Made by a program: the position numbers and the translations under genes. Below, piece by piece: positions 37,720 to 47,315 of a DNA stretch of 64,000 nucleotides (the first letter of the stretch is position 1; every line of letters begins with the position of its first letter). The notes under the pieces are model-generated. The model did not search any database. It was not told the DNA's origin and was given only the letters and a program-made list of their open reading frames with translations. Source of the stretch: Escherichia phage vB_Eco_F25; the sequence record OP870144.1. One strand, 5' to 3'.

Positions 37720-38353
37720 GTAATTTATTTAAAAGACAAGACAAATCGGAAATCTCATCTTTTTCTAAAACTACCAAATTTTCTAAAGCTTTCCATTTAC
37801 AAAGATCTCTATCTCTTTTATATCCTTTGACTTCTATATAAAAATCATAAGTGGGTAAATAAAAATCAGGAAAATAGAGATGTTCTGAACCTTCCCATTC
37901 GTAAGGAATTGGCTTTATTTTATTAGTATATTTGATATTGTGTTCTTTTAAAAACTTAGCAACTTTTAATTCCCAGGTCCCTTTAAATTTAAACCCGTCA
38001 AACTCATATGTTTTTACTCGACCAGAAACATTAGAAGCAGAATATGAATCAGGATTATCAAGAACAGCTTGCCGCATTCTTTTAGAATGTGCTTCTTTGC
38101 GTTCATTAGACCATACATATCCAGTATTGGCTTTTCTAAGTTTTTCTCTAGTTTTATCAGAGACTTTTATTTCTTTACCTAGTTCTTTGGCTTTGGTAAA
38201 TTGATTACTACCTTTAAGACCATAACGAGGGTTATTAGGGCCGCTCATATCTAATCTATTTGGGTTAGATTTGCACCGTTTTTCATGCTGCTTTAGTGAA
38301 TTTAAATTTTTACATTCTTTAGAACAATATTGACAAAGCATAATTTTCTCCAT
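37682..38353 (-). CDS. free-standing endonuclease: N-terminal Zn finger, NUMOD3, C-terminal PD-(D/E)XK-like nuclease domain
   Basis: CQYCSKEC...HEKRC; TREKLRKANTGYVWSNERKEAHSKRMRQ; FPDFYLP...DFYIEVKG; last 12 codons lie inside tRNA-Arg. Confidence 0.65.
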   Translation of the reverse strand: MEKIMLCQYCSKECKNLNSLKQHEKRCKSNPNRLDMSGPNNPRYGLKGSNQFTKAKELGKEIKVSDKTREKLRKANTGYVWSNERKEAHSKRMRQAVLDNPDSYSASNVSGRVKTYEFDGFKFKGTWELKVAKFLKEHNIKYTNKIKPIPYEWEGSEHLYFPDFYLPTYDFYIEVKGYKRDRDLCKWKALENLVVLEKDEISDLSCLLNKLRPAGVMDSIRSF

Positions 38354-38410
38354 GAATTTTATATAGATATTTATTCATGGAGAAGTTGACTGCTCTACCT
38401 AATCAAAATA

Positions 38411-38484
38411 TGGCCCAGACCAGATTTGAACTGGTAACCTTTCCCTTATGAGGGGACTGCTGCTAACCATTGAGCTACAGGGCC
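38411..38484 (-). tRNA. tRNA-Ile (anticodon CAT; AUA-reading after lysidine modification)
   Basis: Cloverleaf with anticodon loop CTCATAA, T-arm ACCAG-TTCAAAT-CTGGT. Confidence 0.8.
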
Positions 38485-38490
38485 TTGATA

Positions 38491-38548
38491 TGCTGATTGA
38501 CGGAATCGAACCGCAAGTGAGGTGCTCTACCTACTGAGCTAAATCAGC
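38491..38548 (-). pseudogene. tRNA-Thr-like gene lacking most of the anticodon arm (58 nt)
   Basis: Intact acceptor stem, D-arm GCTC-AGTAGGTA-GAGC and T-arm, but only CCTCACTTG between D-arm and T-stem. Confidence 0.7.
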
Positions 38549-38555
38549 GAAATTA

Positions 38556-38642
38556 CGGAGGCGATAGGATTTGAACCTATGAGTCGCCGGAGCGACTGCC
38601 GGTTTTCAAGACCGGTGCATTAAACCACTCTGCCACGCCTCC
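38556..38642 (-). tRNA. tRNA-Ser (anticodon TGA), class II
   Basis: Anticodon stem-loop CCGGT-CTTGAAA-ACCGG; long variable arm; T-arm ATAGG-TTCAAAT-CCTAT. Confidence 0.85.
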
Positions 38643-38644
38643 AG

Positions 38645-38718
38645 TCTCCGCGGCAGGATTTGAACCTACGACATTCTGCTCCCAAAGCAGACGCTCTACC
38701 AAACTGAGCTACACGGAG
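38645..38718 (-). tRNA. tRNA-Pro (anticodon TGG)
   Basis: Anticodon stem-loop TCTGC-TTTGGGA-GCAGA; D-arm GCTC-AGTTTGGTA-GAGC. Confidence 0.85.
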
Positions 38719-38730
38719 TAAATTAAATTT

Positions 38731-38802
<72 letters not shown>

Positions 38803-38808
38803 AAACTT

Positions 38809-38895
38809 TGGTACGAGAAGTGGGACTCGAACCCACAAGGAAATCATTCCGCAGCATTTTAAGTGCTGTGCCTTTACCAATTTGACCATTCTCGC
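38809..38895 (-). tRNA. tRNA-Leu (anticodon TAA), class II, CCA encoded
   Basis: Anticodon stem-loop CAGCA-CTTAAAA-TGCTG; long variable arm; T-arm GTGGG-TTCGAGT-CCCAC. Confidence 0.85.
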
Positions 38896-38896
38896 G

Positions 38897-38969
38897 CTGG
38901 GAATAAAGGACTCGAACCTTTGCATCCTGGAATCAAAATCCAGTGCCTTACCAACTTGGCTAATTCCCA
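38897..38969 (-). tRNA. tRNA-Gln (anticodon TTG)
   Basis: Anticodon stem-loop CTGGA-TTTTGAT-TCCAG; T-arm AAAGG-TTCGAGT-CCTTT. Confidence 0.85.
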
Positions 38970-39066
38970 ATTATTAACAAAGGCTCTCAAGCAAGAACCC
39001 TTGATGATAGAGGGTATTAATCAGTGCGATATGAGTTAATAATAACAAATAATTCTTAAAGCATAT

Positions 39067-39360
39067 TTACCATTTATGATAATACATGTTTACGATGCAT
39101 TCAAGACCCAAAGGATTCTTGAAAATATCATATTCAAGAGGACCTTTTTCTGTTTCGATAAAGAAATCAAAATTTACTGTATTAAATTTACGGTCTTCCT
39201 TTACTAATTTAACTTGAGAAGATGAACGGTCAATGTAAACCTTTTCAACTTCAAAACATGTTAAAATGCCATAATCATCAATCAAGGCTTTAGCTGCTTC
39301 TTGATCATATTTATATCCATTTTCAACGGATGATACTTTCGCATAAAGAATCATCATCAA
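39067..39360 (-). CDS. hypothetical protein (97 aa)
   Basis: ORF. Confidence 0.5.
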   Translation of the reverse strand: MMMILYAKVSSVENGYKYDQEAAKALIDDYGILTCFEVEKVYIDRSSSQVKLVKEDRKFNTVNFDFFIETEKGPLEYDIFKNPLGLECIVNMYYHKW

Positions 39361-39767
39361 CCTCTATCAACAATAGCATGAGTATGGGCATTTACGATTT
39401 GCCACCAGTCGAAACGATTAGAACCATATTCTGGTTTATTTTCATTTTCTTTAATGATATCACGCAGTTTATCTTCTGTTTCAGCATACGCAATTAAATC
39501 ATCATATCCACCACAAGGGTAATAATTATCACCCGCGAATAAAAGAAAATTTACCTTAGATGGATTTACGTAATAATGGTCTTTAGGATATTTAGTTCCT
39601 CTCCAATCAGTTACTTCAACATAACGGTAAGAAAATCCATTTTTACTTTCAATCCAACTCCACGCTTCAAAAGGAGTATTAAAAACTTTATCAGGTATTA
39701 AATTACCTTCAAAATGAGAAGGATTTGCATAATCCCCAGCATAAACATAATATTCGTTAATATTCAT
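39357..39767 (-). CDS. hypothetical protein (136 aa)
   Basis: ORF; start adjacent to upstream stop. Confidence 0.5.
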   Translation of the reverse strand: MNINEYYVYAGDYANPSHFEGNLIPDKVFNTPFEAWSWIESKNGFSYRYVEVTDWRGTKYPKDHYYVNPSKVNFLLFAGDNYYPCGGYDDLIAYAETEDKLRDIIKENENKPEYGSNRFDWWQIVNAHTHAIVDRG

Positions 39768-39953
39768 TTATTCACCTTTAGAAATTTTATCCATAACAAT
39801 AGCGATTAAACCAATTAAAAATGCTACTACAAGTGAAAAAACATTTTCTGCTGTAGTCAATAATCCACATATAAATCCAACAAACATTGAAAAACTAAAA
39901 GCGGAAGCAGAAATTGCAATAGCAGCATTTCGAATTAATTCACAGCGTTTCAT
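39768..39953 (-). CDS. small membrane protein (61 aa)
   Basis: ATG at 39953 with SD GGAG; hydrophobic core FSFSMFVGFICGLLT...VVAFLIGLIAIV. Confidence 0.5.
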   Translation of the reverse strand: MKRCELIRNAAIAISASAFSFSMFVGFICGLLTTAENVFSLVVAFLIGLIAIVMDKISKGE

Positions 39954-39998
39954 TTTATTCTCCAATCACTCATTTGTTTTGATAGGGTAATAGTATCA
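39948..39998 (-). repeat. 51-bp promoter/leader direct repeat, copy 1
   Basis: Exact copy of 40668..40718 (TTTCATTTTATTCTCCAATCACTCATTTGTTTTGATAGGGTAATAGTATCA). Confidence 0.7.
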
Positions 39999-40030
39999 CA
40001 CTACTACCCAGAAGTAAACTGTTTTATAAA

Positions 40031-40339
40031 CTATTTTATTCCGCGTGATGCAATTGTGTTCTGCCGTTTAACACCAGTTTGTTTAAAGTCATGATTGTCG
40101 ATTTGATCAGTACGAGCAACTCCGAATGATGATTTGATCTTAGCTTTAGATCCTTTAGTTATAGAAATAAACATCTCGGAAGCCCCTTTCTTAAAGTCCG
40201 AGGCGATTACTTCAACGCCGTTCTTAGCAAGTGACTTCAGAATTGCCTCTGCATACTCATCGTCAAGACTCGTCTGAGTATTAATAACGAATGTCTTTGG
40301 CGCAGCCGCTTCATTGATAAATTCTTTAAATGTTTTCAT
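40031..40339 (-). CDS. capsid-targeted (internal-protein-like) protein, 102 aa
   Basis: N-terminal MKTFKEFINEAA CTS. Confidence 0.6.
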   Translation of the reverse strand: MKTFKEFINEAAAPKTFVINTQTSLDDEYAEAILKSLAKNGVEVIASDFKKGASEMFISITKGSKAKIKSSFGVARTDQIDNHDFKQTGVKRQNTIASRGIK

Positions 40340-40399
40340 TTTATTTTCCTAATTAATTTTGATGAGATAATAGTACCACAACCCTATTTAAAAGTAAAC

Positions 40400-40672
40400 T
40401 CATTTTAAATAAATTGCGTATTTTTTATAACCCGCTGACTCATGACGAAGACCCTTATCATTAGCAAAACGCTCAATGTTATTAATTTGATTCTGGTCAA
40501 GTTCAGAGATGTCAAACACGAAAAAGTTACGTTTGTTACCAACTGTTACATAGTCAGTTAAATCAATATCATATAGGTAATTGATGTCAGCAATCAAAGT
40601 CTTGACAGCTTTGCTAATTTTTACTTTTTCGTTAAAAGCAGCTTCATTGATAAATTCTTTAAATGTTTTCAT
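40400..40672 (-). CDS. ipI: internal protein I-like, with capsid-targeting sequence
   Basis: ATG at 40672 with SD GGAG gives MKTFKEFINEAA; about 90 aa; located just upstream of 57B as ipI is in T4. Confidence 0.55.
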   Translation of the reverse strand: MKTFKEFINEAAFNEKVKISKAVKTLIADINYLYDIDLTDYVTVGNKRNFFVFDISELDQNQINNIERFANDKGLRHESAGYKKYAIYLK

Positions 40673-40718
40673 TTTATTCTCCAATCACTCATTTGTTTTG
40701 ATAGGGTAATAGTATCAT
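40668..40718 (-). repeat. 51-bp promoter/leader direct repeat, copy 2
   Basis: Exact copy of 39948..39998. Confidence 0.7.
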
Positions 40719-40750
40719 AACTAAAACCCCGTGTAAATAACTTTGTGAAA

Positions 40751-41447
<697 letters not shown>

Positions 41448-41448
<1 letters not shown>

Positions 41449-42173
41449 TATAGTACCTTTAGTGTATTTTTAATTTTAGAAAAAAGTTCTTCAAGAGAAC
41501 CATCGTTTGTAATTACTAAATCACCATCACGAATTGGCAATCCAGCTTCTGTAATATGAGTATCATTGGATTTTTGACCAGGACGAACTACATGAATTAC
41601 TGTAGCACCCATCGCCCTAGCCGCATCCATTTCATGATCTTGACGAGTATCAGGAACGATATAATAATCATAACCTGAGTTAAATTTATCAAGATAATCT
41701 AAAGCAAATAATTTTACCCAATACATGCGGTCGAAGTTATTAACAATCAAATCCGTACCTAGGGCTTGCATCAGACGACGGACTGACCATTGATCTTCAA
41801 TATTATTTATAACGTCAATAATCTTGTTAAATGCTACGGAATTAACTGATTCTTGTCCTTCGTCATCAAAAACAAACACGCCTTTAATTGGGCTTTTACT
41901 ATTAAGATAGCAAAATGCTTGTTCCATAATCGTGATTACTTCTGATTTAGTCAGATTTAAATTAGTCTCACGATCATAGTCAATTCCTTCAAACTCTTTG
42001 CGAGTTAAGCAAGGATAGTCAGTGTTTTCTGCAAATACACCCCATGCATAAGCCAATGCATCTTTAATAGGACCAGCAAGTTGATATTTAACTGCAGAAT
42101 AATTATTCATGATAAAATCTGCAGTAGTATCTTTTCCACTGCGCTTTACACCACTTAAAAAGATTAGTTTCAT
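41448..42173 (-). CDS. 1: deoxynucleoside monophosphate kinase
   Basis: 241 aa, same length as T4 gp1; P-loop GVKRSGKDT. Confidence 0.9.
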
Positions 42174-42222
42174 ATGTTTCTCCTCAAATTTAGTTAAGAT
42201 TATAACACATGAAACTGAAGCA

Positions 42223-42753
42223 TTAAACTTCTGCTATAATTTTGCCATCTTTTTCTACTTGAAAATACGTATAAGGAATCGTTGCTGTACATACTAAAGC
42301 TGGGTCTGAATCTTCAGTGTAGCTAAATTCTACTTCAGACAGGTCAGAAACCCAAGGCTTATAAAAATTTATTGACATCACGATTTCAGTTTTACTATTA
42401 TCTAAAATGTAAAGCGTAATGTATTCAGGACCTGTTTTTTGGGCAGTATTTTCGCCTGTGAGATAGTTGCTAGTTCCTAGCATCCATTCATACATTCCTA
42501 TCCACGACTTAAGCTCTTCATCAACTATAAATCTCACGATGAGTGGATCGTACTCAAATGTAACACCTGGACGTTGTGCTCGTCCTAGTCCAAACGGCCC
42601 AGTCACGGTATCAGTAACAGGTATCCTAATTCCTGGAATAGGAACTGACTGAGCATTTAAAGTAAAAGCAGATGTAGTATTACTATGCGGTATTGATACT
42701 ACAAAGTTAGTTGTATTTGCTTGGTTAAAAATTTGTTGTAGTGCTTGCGACAT
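42223..42753 (-). CDS. 3: gp3 tail tube terminator / sheath stabiliser
   Basis: 176 aa from ATG at 42753 (MSQALQQIFNQ), same length as T4 gp3; SD GAGGA. Confidence 0.85.
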   Translation of the reverse strand: MSQALQQIFNQANTTNFVVSIPHSNTTSAFTLNAQSVPIPGIRIPVTDTVTGPFGLGRAQRPGVTFEYDPLIVRFIVDEELKSWIGMYEWMLGTSNYLTGENTAQKTGPEYITLYILDNSKTEIVMSINFYKPWVSDLSEVEFSYTEDSDPALVCTATIPYTYFQVEKDGKIIAEV

Positions 42754-42859
42754 ATATTCCTCATAATGCTTTATAAATGTTGGTGGTATAATGGGTCTAA
42801 GTCCCTTCCATTCAATTCCAATTAGAACAAACAATAGAAAAGAATGGAAGATAATAGAA

Positions 42860-43684
42860 TTAGATATTTGACCAGACTTTGTTTGCAGAGAAACGTTTTC
42901 CTTTTGAAACGAACTGCTGAAGTGGCATTAACACAACGTTCGCCCAGTCTTTCGGGGCGATTTCAACTAGGCTACCCATAATATTACCAGGTATATATGC
43001 CTTAATCATTTGGTCTGCACCCCTAAATCCTTTCACTTGACTCCAATCAATTTTTAATTTCGTTTTATTAGTAATAGTAGGTGTATTTGAATATTGCTTT
43101 AAAAGCTCTTCTAGAAACTGTTGACGAGCTTTAGGTGGAATATAGTGCAAGTTCAATCCGTACATTAAATTATGTTTACCTAAACCGAGGTAAATTATCA
43201 AAGGAAATTTATCCCAATAAGGAAGAGTTTCTTTGTGTTTAGCATCGTAAGCAAAAGCATATATTCGTCCCGGCTGAGGGCGAACAACTTTATGTCCTTT
43301 TACCTGCTTAATAGTTTCAGCAAACCACTTTCTGGTTTTATTATTAATTGCTGCACCTTCATTACGAATTTTATCACGCAATGTTTGCCTGAATGAATTT
43401 ATCATAAGCAGTTGTCTTTCTTGCTTATTGAGTTTATTCATTGGTTTTGATTCAAGCTTTTGAATCTTTTCAGCCGTTTTAATTCCTGAAGCATATTTTG
43501 ACATTGCTGAAGTAAACGTAGAGTATTTGATTCCTCTTTCTTCAGCAAATTGCTTTCCTGTCATTCCTTTTGCTTTGGCCTTTTTGTATTCAAGACCTAT
43601 CTGAATCCATTTCTTTTCGTTTAATGATTGCTTAACCTTTGGAACTTGGGGAGTGCTTTCATTAATTATTTGAAAAATAGCCAT
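42860..43684 (-). CDS. 2: gp2 DNA end-protector protein
   Basis: 274 aa, same length as T4 gp2; ATG overlaps gp4 stop. Confidence 0.85.
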   Translation of the reverse strand: MAIFQIINESTPQVPKVKQSLNEKKWIQIGLEYKKAKAKGMTGKQFAEERGIKYSTFTSAMSKYASGIKTAEKIQKLESKPMNKLNKQERQLLMINSFRQTLRDKIRNEGAAINNKTRKWFAETIKQVKGHKVVRPQPGRIYAFAYDAKHKETLPYWDKFPLIIYLGLGKHNLMYGLNLHYIPPKARQQFLEELLKQYSNTPTITNKTKLKIDWSQVKGFRGADQMIKAYIPGNIMGSLVEIAPKDWANVVLMPLQQFVSKGKRFSANKVWSNI

Positions 43685-44136
43685 TATGCCCCCTTAAAGC
43701 CAAGAGCTCGTAATCCATCTTCTGTTAAAATTCTAAATTTTATTCCACGCTTTTCAGCTAAAGCTTGAGCTGCTTTCCATTTGTCAGTATTAACTGAATA
43801 TGTATAAATTTCATTCATAAATCTTTTCTTCGCTGCGGTTGTTAGATGTGCTGGTTTAACTGGTGGTTGTGTTTCTTTTTTAGGCTTTATTTCAATAAAA
43901 AATTCTTGTCCAGAAGAATCTTTCATCCAAATATCCATGAAGTATCTACGTTTTTTCCCTTCTGCATTACAAAAATAAGGAATTACTGCTGTTTCACTAC
44001 CCCATGCAATAATTTCTGGATTTTTATCTAACCATTCAAAAAAGAATTTTTCCCAATTTGATCTATACGTAATTTTTTTAGGGTCACCTCTATATTTTGA
44101 TATATTTTTAGGAACCCATTTTCCAGAATATGCCAT
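43684..44136 (-). CDS. 4: gp4 head completion protein
   Basis: 150 aa, same length as T4 gp4; N-terminus [26 protein letters not shown]. Confidence 0.85.
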   Translation of the reverse strand: MAYSGKWVPKNISKYRGDPKKITYRSNWEKFFFEWLDKNPEIIAWGSETAVIPYFCNAEGKKRRYFMDIWMKDSSGQEFFIEIKPKKETQPPVKPAHLTTAAKKRFMNEIYTYSVNTDKWKAAQALAEKRGIKFRILTEDGLRALGFKGA

Positions 44137-44147
44137 TGGATTCTCCT

Positions 44148-44155
44148 TATAAATA
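44148..44155 (+). promoter_or_regulatory. late promoter TATAAATA upstream of gene 53
   Basis: Exact TATAAATA 28 nt upstream of the gene 53 ATG, followed by SD GGAGG. Confidence 0.6.
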
Positions 44156-44183
44156 GATAATATATTTATAAACAGGAGGGCCC

Positions 44184-44774
44184 ATGCTCTTTACATTTTT
44201 TGATCCGATTGAATATGCGGCCAAAACGGTGAATAAAAACGCGCCGACTATTCCTATGACAGATATTTTTAGAAACTATAAAGACTATTTCAAACGCGCT
44301 CTTGCGGGATATCGCTTACGTACTTATTATATTAAAGGTTCACCACGCCCGGAAGAATTAGCAAATGCTATATATGGAAATCCGCAGTTGTATTGGGTTT
44401 TATTGATGTGTAATGATAATTATGATCCGTATTATGGATGGATTACTTCGCAAGAAGCTGCTTATCAAGCATCTATACAAAAATACAAAAATGTAGGTGG
44501 AGACCAAATAGTATATCACGTGAATGAGAATGGTGAAAAATTTTATAATTTAATATCATACGATGATAATCCGTATGTTTGGTATGACAAAGGTGATAAA
44601 GCTAGAAAATATCCTCAATATGAAGGAGCTCTTGCTGCGGTCGATACGTATGAAGCTGCTGTTCTTGAAAATGAAAAACTTCGTCAAATAAAAATAATAG
44701 CAAAATCAGACATCAATTCATTTATGAACGACCTTATACGTATAATGGAGAAATCTTATGGAAATGATAAGTAA
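44184..44774 (+). CDS. 53: gp53 baseplate wedge protein
   Basis: 196 aa, same length as T4 gp53; first gene of the plus-strand late baseplate cluster. Confidence 0.9.
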   Translation: MLFTFFDPIEYAAKTVNKNAPTIPMTDIFRNYKDYFKRALAGYRLRTYYIKGSPRPEELANAIYGNPQLYWVLLMCNDNYDPYYGWITSQEAAYQASIQKYKNVGGDQIVYHVNENGEKFYNLISYDDNPYVWYDKGDKARKYPQYEGALAAVDTYEAAVLENEKLRQIKIIAKSDINSFMNDLIRIMEKSYGNDK

Positions 44775-46485
44775 TAACCTCAATTGGTTTGTTGGTGTTG
44801 TTGAAGATAGAATGGACCCATTAAAATTAGGTCGTGTTCGTGTTCGCGTGGTTGGTCTGCATCCACCCCAAAGAGCGCAAGGCGACGTAATGGGTATTCC
44901 AACCGATAAATTACCATGGATGTCAGTTATTCAACCGATAACTTCTGCAGCAATGTCTGGAATTGGAGGTTCCGTTACTGGTCCGGTAGAAGGAACTAGA
45001 GTTTATGGTCATTTTTTAGACAAATGGAAAACTAACGGAATTGTCCTTGGCACTTATGGCGGAATAGTTCGCGAAAAGCCTAATAGACTTGAAGGATTTT
45101 CTGACCCGACTGGACAGTATCCTAGACGTCTAGGAAATGATACTAACGTATTAAACCAAGGCGGAGAAGTAGGATATGATTCGTCTTCTAATATTATTCA
45201 AGATAGTAATCTAGACACTGCGATAAATCCTGATGATAGACCGCTATCAGAGATTCCAACTGATGATAATCCAAATATGTCAATGGCTGAAATGCTTCGC
45301 CGTGATGAAGGATTAAGACTAAAAGTTTATTGGGATACCGAAGGATATCCGACAATTGGTATTGGTCATCTTATCATGAAGCAACCAGTTCGTGATATGA
45401 CCCAAATTAATAAAGTTTTATCAAAACAAGTTGGTCGTGAAATTACCGGAAATCCAGGTTCTATTACAATGGAAGAAGCGGTAACTTTATTTGAACGCGA
45501 TTTGGCTGATATGCAACGTGACATTAAATCACATTCTAAAGTTGGCCCAGTTTGGCAAGCAGTTAATCGTTCTCGTCAAATGGCGTTAGAAAATATGGCA
45601 TTCCAAATGGGTGTTGGCGGTGTAGCTAAATTTAACACAATGTTAACTGCTATGTTAGCCGGAGATTGGGAAAAAGCATATAAAGCCGGTCGTGATTCAT
45701 TGTGGTATCAACAAACAAAAGGCCGTGCATCCCGTGTTACCATGATTATTCTTACAGGTAATTTGGAATCATACGGTATTGAAGTTAAAACACCAGCTAG
45801 GTCTTTGTCAGCAATGGCTGCTACCGTAGCAAAGTCTTCTGACCCGGCCGATCCTCCTATTCCGAATGATTCGAGAATTTTATTCAAAGAACCTGTTTCT
45901 TCATATAAAGGTGAATATCCGTATGTTCACACAATGGAAACTGAAAGCGGTCATATTCAGGAATTTGATGATACCCCTGGACAAGAACGATACAGATTAG
46001 TTCATCCGACTGGAACGTATGAGGAAGTATCACCATCAGGAAGAAGAACGAGAAAAACTGTTGATAATTTGTATGATATAACAAATGCTGATGGTAATTT
46101 TTTAGTAGCCGGCGATAAAAAGACTAACGTCGGTGGATCAGAAATTTATTACAACATGGATAATCGTCTTCACCAAATAGATGGAAGCAACACAATATTT
46201 GTGCGTGGCGATGAAACTAAGACAGTTGAAGGTAATGGAACTATCCTAGTTAAAGGTAATGTTACTATTGTAGTTGAAGGTAATGCTGACATTACAGTTA
46301 AAGGGGATGCTACCACTTTGGTTGAAGGAAATCAAACTAATACAGTAAATGGAAATCTTTCTTGGAAAGTTGCTGGGACAGTTGATTGGGACGTTGGTGG
46401 TGATTGGACAGAAAAAATGGCATCTATGAGTTCTATTTCATCTGGTCAATACACAATTGATGGATCGAGGATTGACATTGGCTAA
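44758..46485 (+). CDS. 5: gp5 baseplate hub / cell-puncturing device with lysozyme domain
   Basis: 575 aa; lysozyme domain EMLRRDEGLRLKVYWDTEGYPTIGIGH; C-terminal VxGxxxxx beta-helix repeats. Confidence 0.95.
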   Translation: MEMISNNLNWFVGVVEDRMDPLKLGRVRVRVVGLHPPQRAQGDVMGIPTDKLPWMSVIQPITSAAMSGIGGSVTGPVEGTRVYGHFLDKWKTNGIVLGTYGGIVREKPNRLEGFSDPTGQYPRRLGNDTNVLNQGGEVGYDSSSNIIQDSNLDTAINPDDRPLSEIPTDDNPNMSMAEMLRRDEGLRLKVYWDTEGYPTIGIGHLIMKQPVRDMTQINKVLSKQVGREITGNPGSITMEEAVTLFERDLADMQRDIKSHSKVGPVWQAVNRSRQMALENMAFQMGVGGVAKFNTMLTAMLAGDWEKAYKAGRDSLWYQQTKGRASRVTMIILTGNLESYGIEVKTPARSLSAMAATVAKSSDPADPPIPNDSRILFKEPVSSYKGEYPYVHTMETESGHIQEFDDTPGQERYRLVHPTGTYEEVSPSGRRTRKTVDNLYDITNADGNFLVAGDKKTNVGGSEIYYNMDNRLHQIDGSNTIFVRGDETKTVEGNGTILVKGNVTIVVEGNADITVKGDATTLVEGNQTNTVNGNLSWKVAGTVDWDVGGDWTEKMASMSSISSGQYTIDGSRIDIG

Positions 46486-46519
46486 TATACTTCCAATGAG
46501 CGCTGATTTAGGAGAATCC

Positions 46520-47014
46520 ATGGAAGGTTCTTCTATCGACGTCACCTTTACCGCTCAATTAGAAACAGGTGAAACGTTAGTATCTATAAATATAACTAGT
46601 TACGAAGAAACTCCTGGGGTTTTAGTAGAAGAAAATCGTTTATATGGAACGTATGAATCTGTGTTTGGATTTGGAAATGACGCATTGAAATATCGTTTAG
46701 ATAATGAATTTAAAACTGCCGCTTCATGGGAAGACCTTCCAACTGATTCTAATACTCAGTTATATCTATGGAAAGCTCCTCAAAACCTCCAGAAGACATT
46801 CACTTATGAAGTAACATTAATATATGACTACCAAGAACAAAGTGAATCTGGAGGTTCTGGCAGTAATTCTAGGTCATCTTCTGATACTACTGAACCAACC
46901 GATCCTCCTGCTCCAATAAGAAAAACTCTTGTTAAAAATTACACAAAAACTATAGTTGGAAATTGGAGTCGTTGGGCTAATAAATTGAGAAGCTACGTAT
47001 ATGAGAGGCAATAA
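46520..47014 (+). CDS. 5.1: gp5.1-like hypothetical protein (start uncertain: 46460, 46496 or 46520)
   Basis: ORF between gene 5 and PAAR gene; ATG at 46520 has SD GGAG; track ORF starts 46457. Confidence 0.55.
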
Positions 47015-47307
47015 TGTCAGGATTAAGTTATGATAAGTGTGTTACTGCTGGCCATGAAGCATGGCCTCCAACAGTTGTGAATGCTACACAAAGTAAAGTA
47101 TTCACTGGAGGAATTGCTGTTCTCGTAGCAGGTGATCCAATTACAGAACATACAGAAATTAAAAAGCCATATGAAACACATGGCGGAGTGACACAACCTA
47201 GAACTTCTAAGGTATATGTCACTGGAAAGAAAGCTGTTCAAATGGCTGATCCAATATCATGTGGTGATACTGTGGCTCAGGCATCATCTAAAGTATTCAT
47301 TAAATAG
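47014..47307 (+). CDS. 5.4: gp5.4 PAAR-repeat spike tip protein
   Basis: 97 aa; PAAR-like glycine-rich beta motifs ([18 protein letters not shown]...[23 protein letters not shown]). Confidence 0.85.
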
Positions 47308-47315
47308 GATTCAAA

